Shown here one piece after another: positions 47,336 to 55,558 of a stretch of 64,000 bases of DNA. The notes under the pieces are model-generated. The model was not told the DNA's origin, did no database searches, and saw only the letters and a program-made list of their open reading frames with translations. Made by a program: the position numbers and the translations under genes. This DNA is from Candidatus Sulfotelmatobacter sp. GTDB lineage: Bacteria > Acidobacteriota > Terriglobia > Terriglobales > Acidobacteriaceae. Position 1 is the stretch's first letter. Every line of letters starts with the position of its first letter. Location: positions 5,426 through 69,425 of the forward strand of contig DATGFC010000041.1 of the NCBI GenBank assembly GCA_035309485.1, in the 5' to 3' direction.

Positions 47336-47809
47336 CTACGTCAAGCTCTTCGCCGATTCCTTCAGGTACGCCAGCACTTGCTCGGCGTGCCCGTCGGCCT
47401 TGACGTTCTCGAAAACGTGTTCGATCTTCCCATCCGGACCAATGATGAACGTCGTGCGCGCCACGCCCCTGACTTTCTTGCCGTACATGTTCTTATCTTT
47501 CACGACGCCAAAGGCCTCGGCCACTTTCTTATCGGCATCTGCCAGCAGCGGAAACGGAAGCTTTTCCTGCTCCTGAAACTTCTTCTGTGCCTTCGAGGTA
47601 TCGGGGGAGACGCCAAGCAGCACGGCGCCGGTTTTTTGAATCTGTTTATATGTATCGCGGAACCCGCGAGCCTCGACGGTTCAACCGGGGGTGTTGGCCC
47701 GTGGGTAAAAATAGAGAACGACGGTCTTGCCGCGCAGGTCCTTGAGCGCGATCTCTTTCCCGTTCTCGTCGGGCAAAATAAAGTCGGGAGCCTTATCATT
47801 GACTTGCAT
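47336..47809 (-). CDS. bcp: Bcp/PrxQ-type peroxiredoxin with TGA (candidate selenocysteine) at the peroxidatic Cys position
   Basis: My own translation reads MQVNDKAPDFILPDENGKEIALKDLRGKTVVLYFYPRANTPG[TGA]TVEARGFRDTYKQIQKTGAVLLGVSPD...AYLKESAKSLT. The TGA is at 47681..47683. The track shows only the C-terminal 95 aa. Confidence 0.7.
47655..47669 (-). promoter_or_regulatory. SECIS-like hairpin downstream of the in-frame UGA of bcp
   Basis: The mRNA reads UGA-ACCGUCGAGGC-UCGCGG-GUU-CCGCGA. The stem is 6 bp, starts 11 nt after the UGA, and has a G/U-containing apical loop. Confidence 0.45.
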
Positions 47810-47828
47810 GAGTATTTCTCCGGGAAAA

Positions 47829-49448
47829 ATGAAGTTGAGCGCCCATCGCGGGGAGTCAAAAGCCCCGTACTCTCGCGAAAAGCGCGGAAATCGGGGAGCA
47901 TCCCTGCTTTCGAGACGCCCTCAATCGAGCAGTTTACACCGCTTGGTGGGCCCATTTTGTGCGCTCGCAGTTCTTTTGGGAATGGCTGCGAGCCCAAAGG
48001 CAACGGCGCAAGAAGAACGCCCGCAGATCCCGGTCGGCGAGCGAAAATTCCCCGCAAAAAAAGATACGGGCCCGCGCGCGGTCGCGATTCTGCGCATGAC
48101 TGACAACAACAAGGCATCCCTCGTACCGATCGCCATTCTGATCAACGGCAAGTTCTGGGATGCAACCGCGTATAAGGCGGACCCGGTTCCGATGGCGCTC
48201 GACTCAGGCACAGTTTATGAGGCCGAGCGCACCGGCAGTTCTCTGGGACTGTTCACGGTCAGCAGCGCGCTGCATAGCAACGCGCCTAACAGCCAAGCGC
48301 CGTGGATTGGAACGGGGGCGTGGAAGCCCACCGGCACCGAAGCACCGAAACCCGCGCTGAAAGCCAATATCACGCCGGTCGGCATCGAGTCCGATGACGC
48401 GCCGCCCAGGCTGACCCATGAGCCCGCCAAAGCGGCGCCCGCGAACACCGCTCCGGCTTCGACCACGGCCCCTGTTTCTAATGCACCGCCCGCAACCGCG
48501 CCCAAGCCCAGCGGCAGCTCTGATAGCGACGAACCGCCTCGCCTGAACAGACCGACTTCGCCTGCACCGTCTCCTGCCCCTGATTCCAAGCAGCCGGCAC
48601 AGTCTGCCCCAACTTCTCCCGCACAGAATGATCCCAAGTCTGGCCAGGCCAAGGACACGAAATCCAATGTCGCGACTTCGGACAGCGGTGCCGACGAGGC
48701 CAATCGCCCCATTTTGCGCCGTGGCAAGCCGGCAGAATCGTTCGCCGATGAGGATGTGCCCGGGTATAGCAAGCCGGGCGCAAACAGCGCGTCCTCTTCG
48801 ACCAGCGGCGAAAAAGCTGTCGAAGCCAAAGCCGCCGCTCCTGCCGACGTCAAGCTGATTCCCGCCATCTCTGATGCCGGCGGTCCACCGCCGCATTCTT
48901 ATGCCTTCGAGTGGATTAAGGGTGAAGAGGAAGACCGGCGCGCGCAGATGATCGCTCTGGCCAAGCAACAGGTGCAAGCCTACGTGACGGCGCGGGACCG
49001 GGCGAAAATCACGCCCACGCATCCTCAGCCCTCGAAGCGTGCTGCCATCAAAGTCAAGGAACCGCTGCTCGACAATGTGCAGATGACCGCGTACGATCTG
49101 TGGAATTCGAATCAGCCGATCATCGTGCTCAGCGCGCAAGCGCACCTGCCGCCACCAGCTCCGGGAGCCCCGCAATCCGCGGTCTCGTCCGACCTGCAGT
49201 ACTCGGTGATGCTCGTCGCCTATCCTGATATCTACAACAACCTGCACACACTGTATTCAGGCGTCACCGACAAGTTTCATCTCGACCTCACGCCGCAACT
49301 CGAACTGGTTGACGCCGTTGACGCCGACGGTGACGGGCGCGGCGAGTTGCTGTTCCGGGAGACCTCCGACATGGGCACGGGCTGGGTAATCTACCGCGCC
49401 ACCGCGGACAAGCTTTACAAGATGTTCGACAGCTTGCGTTCGGAGTAG
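47829..49448 (+). CDS. Hypothetical secreted protein with a Pro/Ala/Ser-rich central region
   Basis: The hydrophobic signal-like segment LVGPFCALAVLLGMAASPKATAQ is present. The C-terminus contains DADGDGRGELLF (FG-GAP/Ca-loop-like). The start is uncertain: ATG 47829, or TTG/GTG at 47943/47946. Confidence 0.55.
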   Translation: MKLSAHRGESKAPYSREKRGNRGASLLSRRPQSSSLHRLVGPFCALAVLLGMAASPKATAQEERPQIPVGERKFPAKKDTGPRAVAILRMTDNNKASLVPIAILINGKFWDATAYKADPVPMALDSGTVYEAERTGSSLGLFTVSSALHSNAPNSQAPWIGTGAWKPTGTEAPKPALKANITPVGIESDDAPPRLTHEPAKAAPANTAPASTTAPVSNAPPATAPKPSGSSDSDEPPRLNRPTSPAPSPAPDSKQPAQSAPTSPAQNDPKSGQAKDTKSNVATSDSGADEANRPILRRGKPAESFADEDVPGYSKPGANSASSSTSGEKAVEAKAAAPADVKLIPAISDAGGPPPHSYAFEWIKGEEEDRRAQMIALAKQQVQAYVTARDRAKITPTHPQPSKRAAIKVKEPLLDNVQMTAYDLWNSNQPIIVLSAQAHLPPPAPGAPQSAVSSDLQYSVMLVAYPDIYNNLHTLYSGVTDKFHLDLTPQLELVDAVDADGDGRGELLFRETSDMGTGWVIYRATADKLYKMFDSLRSE

Positions 49449-49629
49449 AGCGAAAGTACAAGGTTTCAGCTTCCGGGGAAGGCCGCCCGAGTCGCCTGGG
49501 GCCACTCATGCAGCAACATGCAAAATGCTCGAGAGCCTTTACAATTTCTCTGAGCGCCCAGCAGAGCCGGAAATTACCAGGCAATTGACGACAAGGTTCA
49601 TCAACATTTGAAGGGAGTCCACGTCCAGC

Positions 49630-51135
49630 TTGCGTCTCTCACGCCGCGGGTTTGTCCAAACGATTCTCGGGGTCGGAGCCGCTGCAGGACTATCCGCTTT
49701 GTCCGGGTGCCGTGCTTCTTCGCCACCCAGCGCGAGCGCCCACAACAGCCCTTTCAAGCCTCAATTCGCCCCGCCCGCAGAGTTCACGTTCCCTAAGGGC
49801 TTCTTCTGGGGCACAGCCACGGCCGCCTACCAGATTGAAGGCGCGTGGAACGAGGACGGGAAAGGCGAATCCATTTGGGACCGCTTTGCGCACACGCCCG
49901 GCAAGATCAAGAACGGCGACACCGGGGATATAGCCTGCGATTCCTACCACCGCTGGAATGAAGACCTGAGCTTGATGCGGGCGATGAACCTGAACAGCTA
50001 TCGGTTCTCGATTTCCTGGCCGCGCATTCAGCCTTCCGGCTCCGGAGCCGCGCATTCCAAAGGCATGGATTATTACGATCGCCTGGTCGACGCGCTGCTG
50101 GCGGCACGCATCCGTCCGCTGGTCACGCTTTATCACTGGGACCTGCCGCAAAGACTGCAAGATGCTGGTGGCTGGCCCAACCGCGATCTCGTCGGGCGCT
50201 TTGCCGATTACGTGCAAAGCGTCGCCAAAACTTTGGGTGATCGTGTTTCCAACTGGATGCTTTTCAACGAGCCCGCGGCCTTTCTCGATCTTGGCTACCT
50301 CGAGGGCGTGCATGCCCCCGGGCACAACAGTATTTTGGATTTCCTGCGCGCGACTCACGTCGTGAACCTCGCTCAGGGCGCCGGCTTCCGGGCGCTGAAG
50401 GCGGTGTGCCCGGCTTCGCGCGTGGGCACCGCGTTCAGCATGTCGCCATGCGAGCCAGCTTCCAATTCCGACGATGACAAGCTGGCGGCGCAACGCGCCC
50501 ACGCCATCACCAATATCTGGTTTCTCGAACCTGCCCTTCATGGCCGCTATCCCGACGCCCTCACGTTCCTGCCTGAAACTGTCATGCGCATCAAGTCTGG
50601 TGATATGGAGAAGGTCCGTGCTCCGCTCGACTTCATCGGCATCAATCTCTATTACCGCACCATCGCCTCGGCGCTCGGGCGGGTAGAGCGCGTCGCCCGC
50701 GCGCAGGGCTGGCTTTATCCCGTCAAAATGGAAGGCGGACAGCAGGGCCCGAAAACCGACGCCGGATGGGAAGTCTGGCCCAAGGCGCTCTACGACATGG
50801 TCACGCGCATCACGCGCGATTACAACCGTCCCGTCATCGAAATCACCGAAAGCGGCTGCGCCTACAACGATAGCCCCGATGCCGGCGGCTTCATTCGCGA
50901 CACCCGCCGCATCGAATACCATCGCCAGTATCTCGCGGCTCTGGCGCAGGCTATGGCCGAAGGCGCCGACGTCCACGGATATCACGCCTGGAGCTTGCTC
51001 GACAATTTCGAGTGGGCGGAAGGCTTCAGCCAGCGGTTCGGTCTGAGCTATGTAGATTTCCGAACGCAGAAGCGCACGATGAAGGATTCCGGCCGTTGGT
51101 ATGCAGACGTAGCAGAACAAAACCGGGTGAAATGA
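49630..51135 (+). CDS. GH1 beta-glucosidase with TAT-type lipoprotein signal
   Basis: TTG start. The leader is LRLSRRGFVQTILGVGAAAGLSALSGC. GH1 catalytic motifs LFNEP (acid/base) and ITESG (nucleophile) are present. Confidence 0.88.
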   Translation: MRLSRRGFVQTILGVGAAAGLSALSGCRASSPPSASAHNSPFKPQFAPPAEFTFPKGFFWGTATAAYQIEGAWNEDGKGESIWDRFAHTPGKIKNGDTGDIACDSYHRWNEDLSLMRAMNLNSYRFSISWPRIQPSGSGAAHSKGMDYYDRLVDALLAARIRPLVTLYHWDLPQRLQDAGGWPNRDLVGRFADYVQSVAKTLGDRVSNWMLFNEPAAFLDLGYLEGVHAPGHNSILDFLRATHVVNLAQGAGFRALKAVCPASRVGTAFSMSPCEPASNSDDDKLAAQRAHAITNIWFLEPALHGRYPDALTFLPETVMRIKSGDMEKVRAPLDFIGINLYYRTIASALGRVERVARAQGWLYPVKMEGGQQGPKTDAGWEVWPKALYDMVTRITRDYNRPVIEITESGCAYNDSPDAGGFIRDTRRIEYHRQYLAALAQAMAEGADVHGYHAWSLLDNFEWAEGFSQRFGLSYVDFRTQKRTMKDSGRWYADVAEQNRVK

Positions 51136-51170
51136 TCTTGAATTCGAGATTCAGAGTGCACATCCGGTGT

Positions 51171-51205
51171 CTTAAATCTGCAATCTAAAATCTGCGATCT
51201 GCACT
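51171..51205. repeat. Array of 5 heptamers, CTNNAAT type
   Basis: Units read cttaaat ctgcaat ctaaaat ctgcgat ctgcact. The array lies 7 nt beyond the 3' end of the flavin reductase gene. Confidence 0.75.
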
Positions 51206-51211
51206 CCGGCT

Positions 51212-51712
51212 CTACCGCCCCTGCTCCCCGCCCACCTCGCAGTACTTTCCGCGGAAAAACAGCAGCGGCTTGCCTTCGTGCACGATCACGTCTTCGACTT
51301 CGGCGATGAAGATCGTGTGATCTCCAGCCACTTCGGCGGAGTGCAAGCGGCATTCGAGATACGCGAGCGAACCGCGCAGCATGGGCGTGCCGTGAAGGGT
51401 GCGGTCGAAGCGCGCTCCAGCCTCGGCCTCGGCGTTTTCGTGGTCTCGCTCGGGGCGCGCGTAATACTCGGAGATAGCGCGCTGTCCTTCGGCCAGGACA
51501 TTGATGCCGAAACGCTTCTTGGCGTGCAGGTGCGCGTGCGTGCGGGTGGTGTGGTCAACGCATACCAGCACCAGCGTAGGATCGAGCGACACCGACGCAA
51601 AAGCGTTGGCTGTCATGCCGTGGACCGTGCCTTCGAGGTCGACCGTAATGATGGTGACTCCGGTAGCAAACGCTCCCATGGCCTTGCGGAAGTCAGTTGG
51701 GGTCAGCGGCAT
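51212..51712 (-). CDS. Flavin reductase family protein (FMN-binding split barrel)
   Basis: FRKAMGAFATGVTIITV...GMTANAFASVSLDPTLVLVCVD is typical of the flavin reductase-like domain. Confidence 0.88.
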   Translation of the reverse strand: MPLTPTDFRKAMGAFATGVTIITVDLEGTVHGMTANAFASVSLDPTLVLVCVDHTTRTHAHLHAKKRFGINVLAEGQRAISEYYARPERDHENAEAEAGARFDRTLHGTPMLRGSLAYLECRLHSAEVAGDHTIFIAEVEDVIVHEGKPLLFFRGKYCEVGGEQGR

Positions 51713-51726
51713 CGTTCTGAGTGCTG

Positions 51727-51872
51727 ATTGCAGATTTCAGATTTAAGATTTTAGGCTTTAGTCTCAGATTTCAGGCTTTAGGTTGCAGATGCAAACCCCG
51801 CCGCACCGTCTTACTTCTGCATTCTGAAATCTACAATCTGCAATCTTCAATCTTAAATCTACAATCCTAAAT
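51727..51872. repeat. Two inverted heptamer arrays: ATTNNAG x10 (51727..51795), a 21-nt spacer, then CTNNAAT x8 (51817..51872)
   Basis: First arm reads attgcag atttcag atttaag attttag gctttag tctcag atttcag gctttag gttgcag atgcaaa. Second arm reads ctgcatt ctgaaat ctacaat ctgcaat cttcaat cttaaat ctacaat cctaaat. Confidence 0.8.
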
Positions 51873-51924
51873 CGCATCCGCCCGCTACATTACCACGGCA
51901 GGCCGTTGTATCATTCGATTCAAC

Positions 51925-53061
51925 GTGAAGACGCAGGCTGCAATTTCGCGCGAAGAAGCGGTTCGCCTGATTCGCTGCGCGGACCGGGATCTGCCGGAGC
52001 TGCTCGAGGCCGCGCAGGAGGCCAGAGATGCGTTCAAACCCGGCGCCATCACCTATTCGAAAAAGGTTTTTCTACCCCTGACGAATCTCTGTCGTGATTA
52101 TTGCGGGTACTGCACGTTCCGGAAGGATCCCGGCGAACCAGGCGCGCACACCATGCTGCCTGATGAAGTGCTGGCAGTCGCTCGAGCCGGGGAGCAACTC
52201 GGATGCACCGAGGCCCTGTTCAGCTTGGGCGATAAGCCGGAGTTGCTGTTTCCCGAGATGCGCGAGACACTTCGTCAACTCGGGTACAAATCGACTCTGC
52301 ATTATCTCGAGGCGATGTGCGAGCTTGTGCTGCGGGAGACCACCTTGCTGCCGCATCCCAATCCGGGGCTGCTGAGCTCCGAGTGGATTGCGCGACTGGC
52401 GCAGGTTTCGCCCAGCATGGGGCTTATGCTGGAGACTACGAACGCGGCGCTGCTGGCTTCCGGGGCGGCGCATGATAACGCTCCCGATAAAGTTCCCGCA
52501 AAGCGGCTGCGCACCATCGAAGAGGCGGGCAAGCAGGGCGTTCCGTTTACCACGGGATTGCTGATCGGCATCGGTGAATCCCCCGAGGATCGCGTCGATA
52601 CGCTGCTGGCGATCGGCAAGTTGCAGGAACGCTTCGGGCACATTCAGGAGGTCATTGTGCAGAATTTTCGCGTGAAGCCCGAGGTCCCCATGGCCCGCTG
52701 GCCGGAGCCTTCCCGCGGTGAGATGCTGCGGGCTGTGGCGGTAGCTCGCTTATTACTGCCTGAGGTGAATATTCAGGCTCCGCCCAATCTTTCTGCACCG
52801 TACTATGAAGAGTTGATTGACGCCGGGATTAACGACTGGGGAGGGATTTCGCCGCTGACCCCCGATTTCATCAATCCGGAAAAGCCTTGGCCGTACCTGG
52901 AGCAGCTTCGCCTGCGCACCGAGGCCAGGGGATTTGAGCTGCGGCAGCGCTTGCCGGTCTATCCGGAATTCGTGGCTGCAGTGGTGAACCGGCCGGGCTT
53001 GTTGGCCGATCGAGTGCGTGCCGCATCTGGCGAGGACCAGCTGGCGCGGAGGGCTGCATGA
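51925..53061 (+). CDS. cofG: 7,8-didemethyl-8-hydroxy-5-deazariboflavin (FO) synthase subunit CofG (radical SAM)
   Basis: GTG start. It carries the CRDYCGYCTF radical-SAM cluster motif and is followed by cofD with an ATGA overlap. Confidence 0.88.
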   Translation: MKTQAAISREEAVRLIRCADRDLPELLEAAQEARDAFKPGAITYSKKVFLPLTNLCRDYCGYCTFRKDPGEPGAHTMLPDEVLAVARAGEQLGCTEALFSLGDKPELLFPEMRETLRQLGYKSTLHYLEAMCELVLRETTLLPHPNPGLLSSEWIARLAQVSPSMGLMLETTNAALLASGAAHDNAPDKVPAKRLRTIEEAGKQGVPFTTGLLIGIGESPEDRVDTLLAIGKLQERFGHIQEVIVQNFRVKPEVPMARWPEPSRGEMLRAVAVARLLLPEVNIQAPPNLSAPYYEELIDAGINDWGGISPLTPDFINPEKPWPYLEQLRLRTEARGFELRQRLPVYPEFVAAVVNRPGLLADRVRAASGEDQLARRAA

Positions 53062-54044
53062 TTTGCGTTTTGAGCGGCGGGACCGGAGGCGCGAAGTTCG
53101 TCGATGGTTTGCGCCAGGTCATGCCCGCGGAAGAGATTACGCTGGTCGTCAACACCGGCGACGACCTGCTGTGGTGGGGCCTGTACGTTTCCCCCGACAT
53201 TGACTCGATCACCTATGTCCTTTCAGGAATGCTGAGCCGGGAGCGGGGATGGGGCGTGAAGGGCGATACATTCCTTTGCTTGCAGGCCATGGGACAGCTG
53301 GGCGAGCCCACATGGTTTCACACCGGAGACCGCGATCTGGCGATGCATCTGCTGCGCTCGCGGCTGCTGGCCGAAGGCAAAACGTTGCTGGAAGCGACCA
53401 AAGTGATCTCTGACAAACTCGGGGTCAAGGCACGGGTGCTGCCCATGAGCAACTCGCGGGTGGAGACCCGCGTGGATACGCCCATCGGCGAGTTGAGCTT
53501 CGAAGAATATTTTGTGCAGCGCTGGTACCAGGATCCAGTCAAGTCGGTGCGCTTTGCCGGCGCTTCGGATGCGGAGCCGGCGCCGGGAGTGATCGAGGCA
53601 ATTACGTCTGCCGATGCCGTGATCGTCGCGCCAAGCAATCCGGTGACGAGCATTGGCCCGATTCTGGCGGTCCCTGGGATTCACGACGCGCTGCTGCGTG
53701 CACGCGGAAAAGTCGCGGCGATCAGCCCGATTGTGGGCAACGCGCCGGTCGCGGGTCCGGCGGGCATTCTGATGCAGGCGCACGGGCTGCCCTGCTCCAT
53801 TGGCGGCGTGGCCCACGCGTACGAAGATTTTCTGGACATTCTGGTCTGCGATACGCGCGACGCCCGTGCGGCCGATATGCTGCGCCAGAATGGCCTACGC
53901 GTGCACTGCACGCAGACGATTATGCGCAGCTCCGACGATAAGGCCGCGCTGGCGCGCGAAGTGCTGGCCTGCCTGGCAGCGGACGCATCCAGCGACAAAC
54001 CTGCCCCGGCCGTTCCTCTCCCAGCTTCGGACTCCCAACCGTGA
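53058..54044 (+). CDS. cofD: 2-phospho-L-lactate transferase (FO phosphotransferase)
   Basis: MICVLSGGTGGAKFVDGL...VNTGDD is characteristic of CofD/FbiA. Confidence 0.9.
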   Translation: MICVLSGGTGGAKFVDGLRQVMPAEEITLVVNTGDDLLWWGLYVSPDIDSITYVLSGMLSRERGWGVKGDTFLCLQAMGQLGEPTWFHTGDRDLAMHLLRSRLLAEGKTLLEATKVISDKLGVKARVLPMSNSRVETRVDTPIGELSFEEYFVQRWYQDPVKSVRFAGASDAEPAPGVIEAITSADAVIVAPSNPVTSIGPILAVPGIHDALLRARGKVAAISPIVGNAPVAGPAGILMQAHGLPCSIGGVAHAYEDFLDILVCDTRDARAADMLRQNGLRVHCTQTIMRSSDDKAALAREVLACLAADASSDKPAPAVPLPASDSQP

Positions 54045-54697
54045 TCCTGGTTCCCATCAAAGACACTGCGGCGGCGAAACAGCGGCTGGCAGCGGTGCTC
54101 GATCAATCTTCACGCACGGACCTGGCGCGTGCCATGCTGCACGATGTGCTCACTGCATTGCATCTCTGGAAGAACCGCCCGCCGGTCGGCATCGTGACCG
54201 GCGACTCCTACGCCAGCAATCTGGCGGCGGAGTATGGATTCGAGATCATTCCGGACCGCGACAATCCCGGAGAGACCGGAGCCATCGAGATGGCGACGCG
54301 TGCGTGCGTGGAGCGCGGGATAGCGGAGACACTCGTGATTCCGGCTGACATCCCGCTGCTTCAAGCTTGGGAATTGGAAGAAGTTTTGCGGAGCGCGCCC
54401 TCCCAAGGCAGCGTGCTGGTTCCTGCCGGCGATGGCCGCGGCACCAACGCGGCTCTGCGGCGGCCGGCCGATTTGTTTCCTTTGCGTTTTGGCAACGACA
54501 GCTTCAAGCCGCATCATGCGGCGGCGCAGGCCACGGGCAAACCCTGCGTCGTGCTCAAGCTTCCCGGAATCGCAGTCGACGTGGACAATCCCGCCGACCT
54601 TCTGCAACTGATTTCCTTGCCGGGTGAAACCCGGGCGCAAAAGTTGGCCCGGACATGGAATTTGACCGAACGCTTGCAGGCCGCGAGATCGTTGTGA
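54041..54697 (+). CDS. cofC: 2-phospho-L-lactate (or PEP/3PG) guanylyltransferase
   Basis: The GTG start overlaps the cofD stop (GTGA). ILVPIKDTAAAKQRL...GDGRGTNAL is CofC/FbiD-like. Confidence 0.85.
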   Translation: MILVPIKDTAAAKQRLAAVLDQSSRTDLARAMLHDVLTALHLWKNRPPVGIVTGDSYASNLAAEYGFEIIPDRDNPGETGAIEMATRACVERGIAETLVIPADIPLLQAWELEEVLRSAPSQGSVLVPAGDGRGTNAALRRPADLFPLRFGNDSFKPHHAAAQATGKPCVVLKLPGIAVDVDNPADLLQLISLPGETRAQKLARTWNLTERLQAARSL

Positions 54698-55470
54698 ACA
54701 AGCGTGCATCCTCCAAAGTCCACGAGGTTCGGCTGATTCCCATCCTTGTTCAAGACGATATTCAGGCGGGAGATTCCATCCCCTTTAAATTGCTGGACTC
54801 CATGCGCTCGCAAAGGCTGAAGTTCCAGGCCGGGGACGTTCTCGTCGTAAAACATAAGATCGTCTCCAAGTCTGAAGGGCGACTGATCGATCTGTCTACG
54901 ATTCAGCCGTCGCCAGAGTCGGTGGAGTGGGCAAAGCAGTATGATCTCGACGCGCGCGTGATCGAACTGGCACTGCGGGAAAGCCGCTCGGTGATCCGCC
55001 GCAAGAACGGGGTACTGATCACCGAGACCCATCACGGATTCTTGTGCGCGAACAGCGGCGTCGATATGTCGAACGTGGACGGGGGCGGACACGCTGTGCT
55101 GTTGCCGGAAGATGCGGATCGATCCGCCGCCGACCTGCGGCGTGTCCTGAAAAAACGCACCGGGGTTTCCATCGCCGTGATCATCAGCGACAGCTTCGGC
55201 CGGCCCTGGCGCGAGGGGCTGACTGACTTTGCCATTGGCATCTCCGGGATGAAGCCCCTGCGCGACGATCGGGGACGGCGCGATTCCCAGGGCTACAAAC
55301 TGAAGGCTAGCATCGAAGCCGTCGCCGACGAATTGGCATGCGCAGCGGGTCTGGTATGCGGCAAGCTCAATCGTGCTCCCGCGTGCCTTGTGCGGGGGTT
55401 CCAGTACCAGGCAGGCGTGGGCGGAATAAAGGAACTGTTGCGGCCTCCGGAAACCGATCTATTTAGGTAA
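54694..55470 (+). CDS. cofE: Coenzyme F420-0:L-glutamate ligase (stand-alone, no fused nitroreductase domain)
   Basis: VVKHKIVSKSEGR...GFLCANSGVDMSNV...VIISDSFGRPWREG are CofE motifs. The GTG at 54694 overlaps the cofC stop (GTGA). The track start at 54655 is the alternative. Confidence 0.85.
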   Translation: MNKRASSKVHEVRLIPILVQDDIQAGDSIPFKLLDSMRSQRLKFQAGDVLVVKHKIVSKSEGRLIDLSTIQPSPESVEWAKQYDLDARVIELALRESRSVIRRKNGVLITETHHGFLCANSGVDMSNVDGGGHAVLLPEDADRSAADLRRVLKKRTGVSIAVIISDSFGRPWREGLTDFAIGISGMKPLRDDRGRRDSQGYKLKASIEAVADELACAAGLVCGKLNRAPACLVRGFQYQAGVGGIKELLRPPETDLFR

Positions 55471-55558
55471 GACTTCCGCTACACTGGGAGAACGTGCTGG
55501 CGCGAGTTTTGACTCCACCGGCAGAGACCTCGCAAGTCGCTTCTCGATGGAGAGGATT

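Noticed and set aside
48204-49247. 347-aa and 217-aa minus-strand ORFs (the latter at 48215..48868) opposite the Pro/Ala/Ser-rich protein gene.
   Set aside because: Both are Arg/Gly-rich mirror frames of a low-complexity coding region. The plus-strand frame has a signal peptide and a structured C-terminal domain, so I kept that one.
49690-51120. 476-aa ORF on the minus strand.
   Set aside because: It lies entirely antisense to the well-supported GH1 beta-glucosidase gene. Its Arg/Gly/Ala-rich composition is typical of shadow frames in high-GC DNA, and it has no recognisable motifs.
51727-51872. Periodic arrays as a CRISPR array.
   Set aside because: The period is only 7 nt with no spacers of 25-40 nt, the two arrays are mutually inverted, and no cas genes are present.
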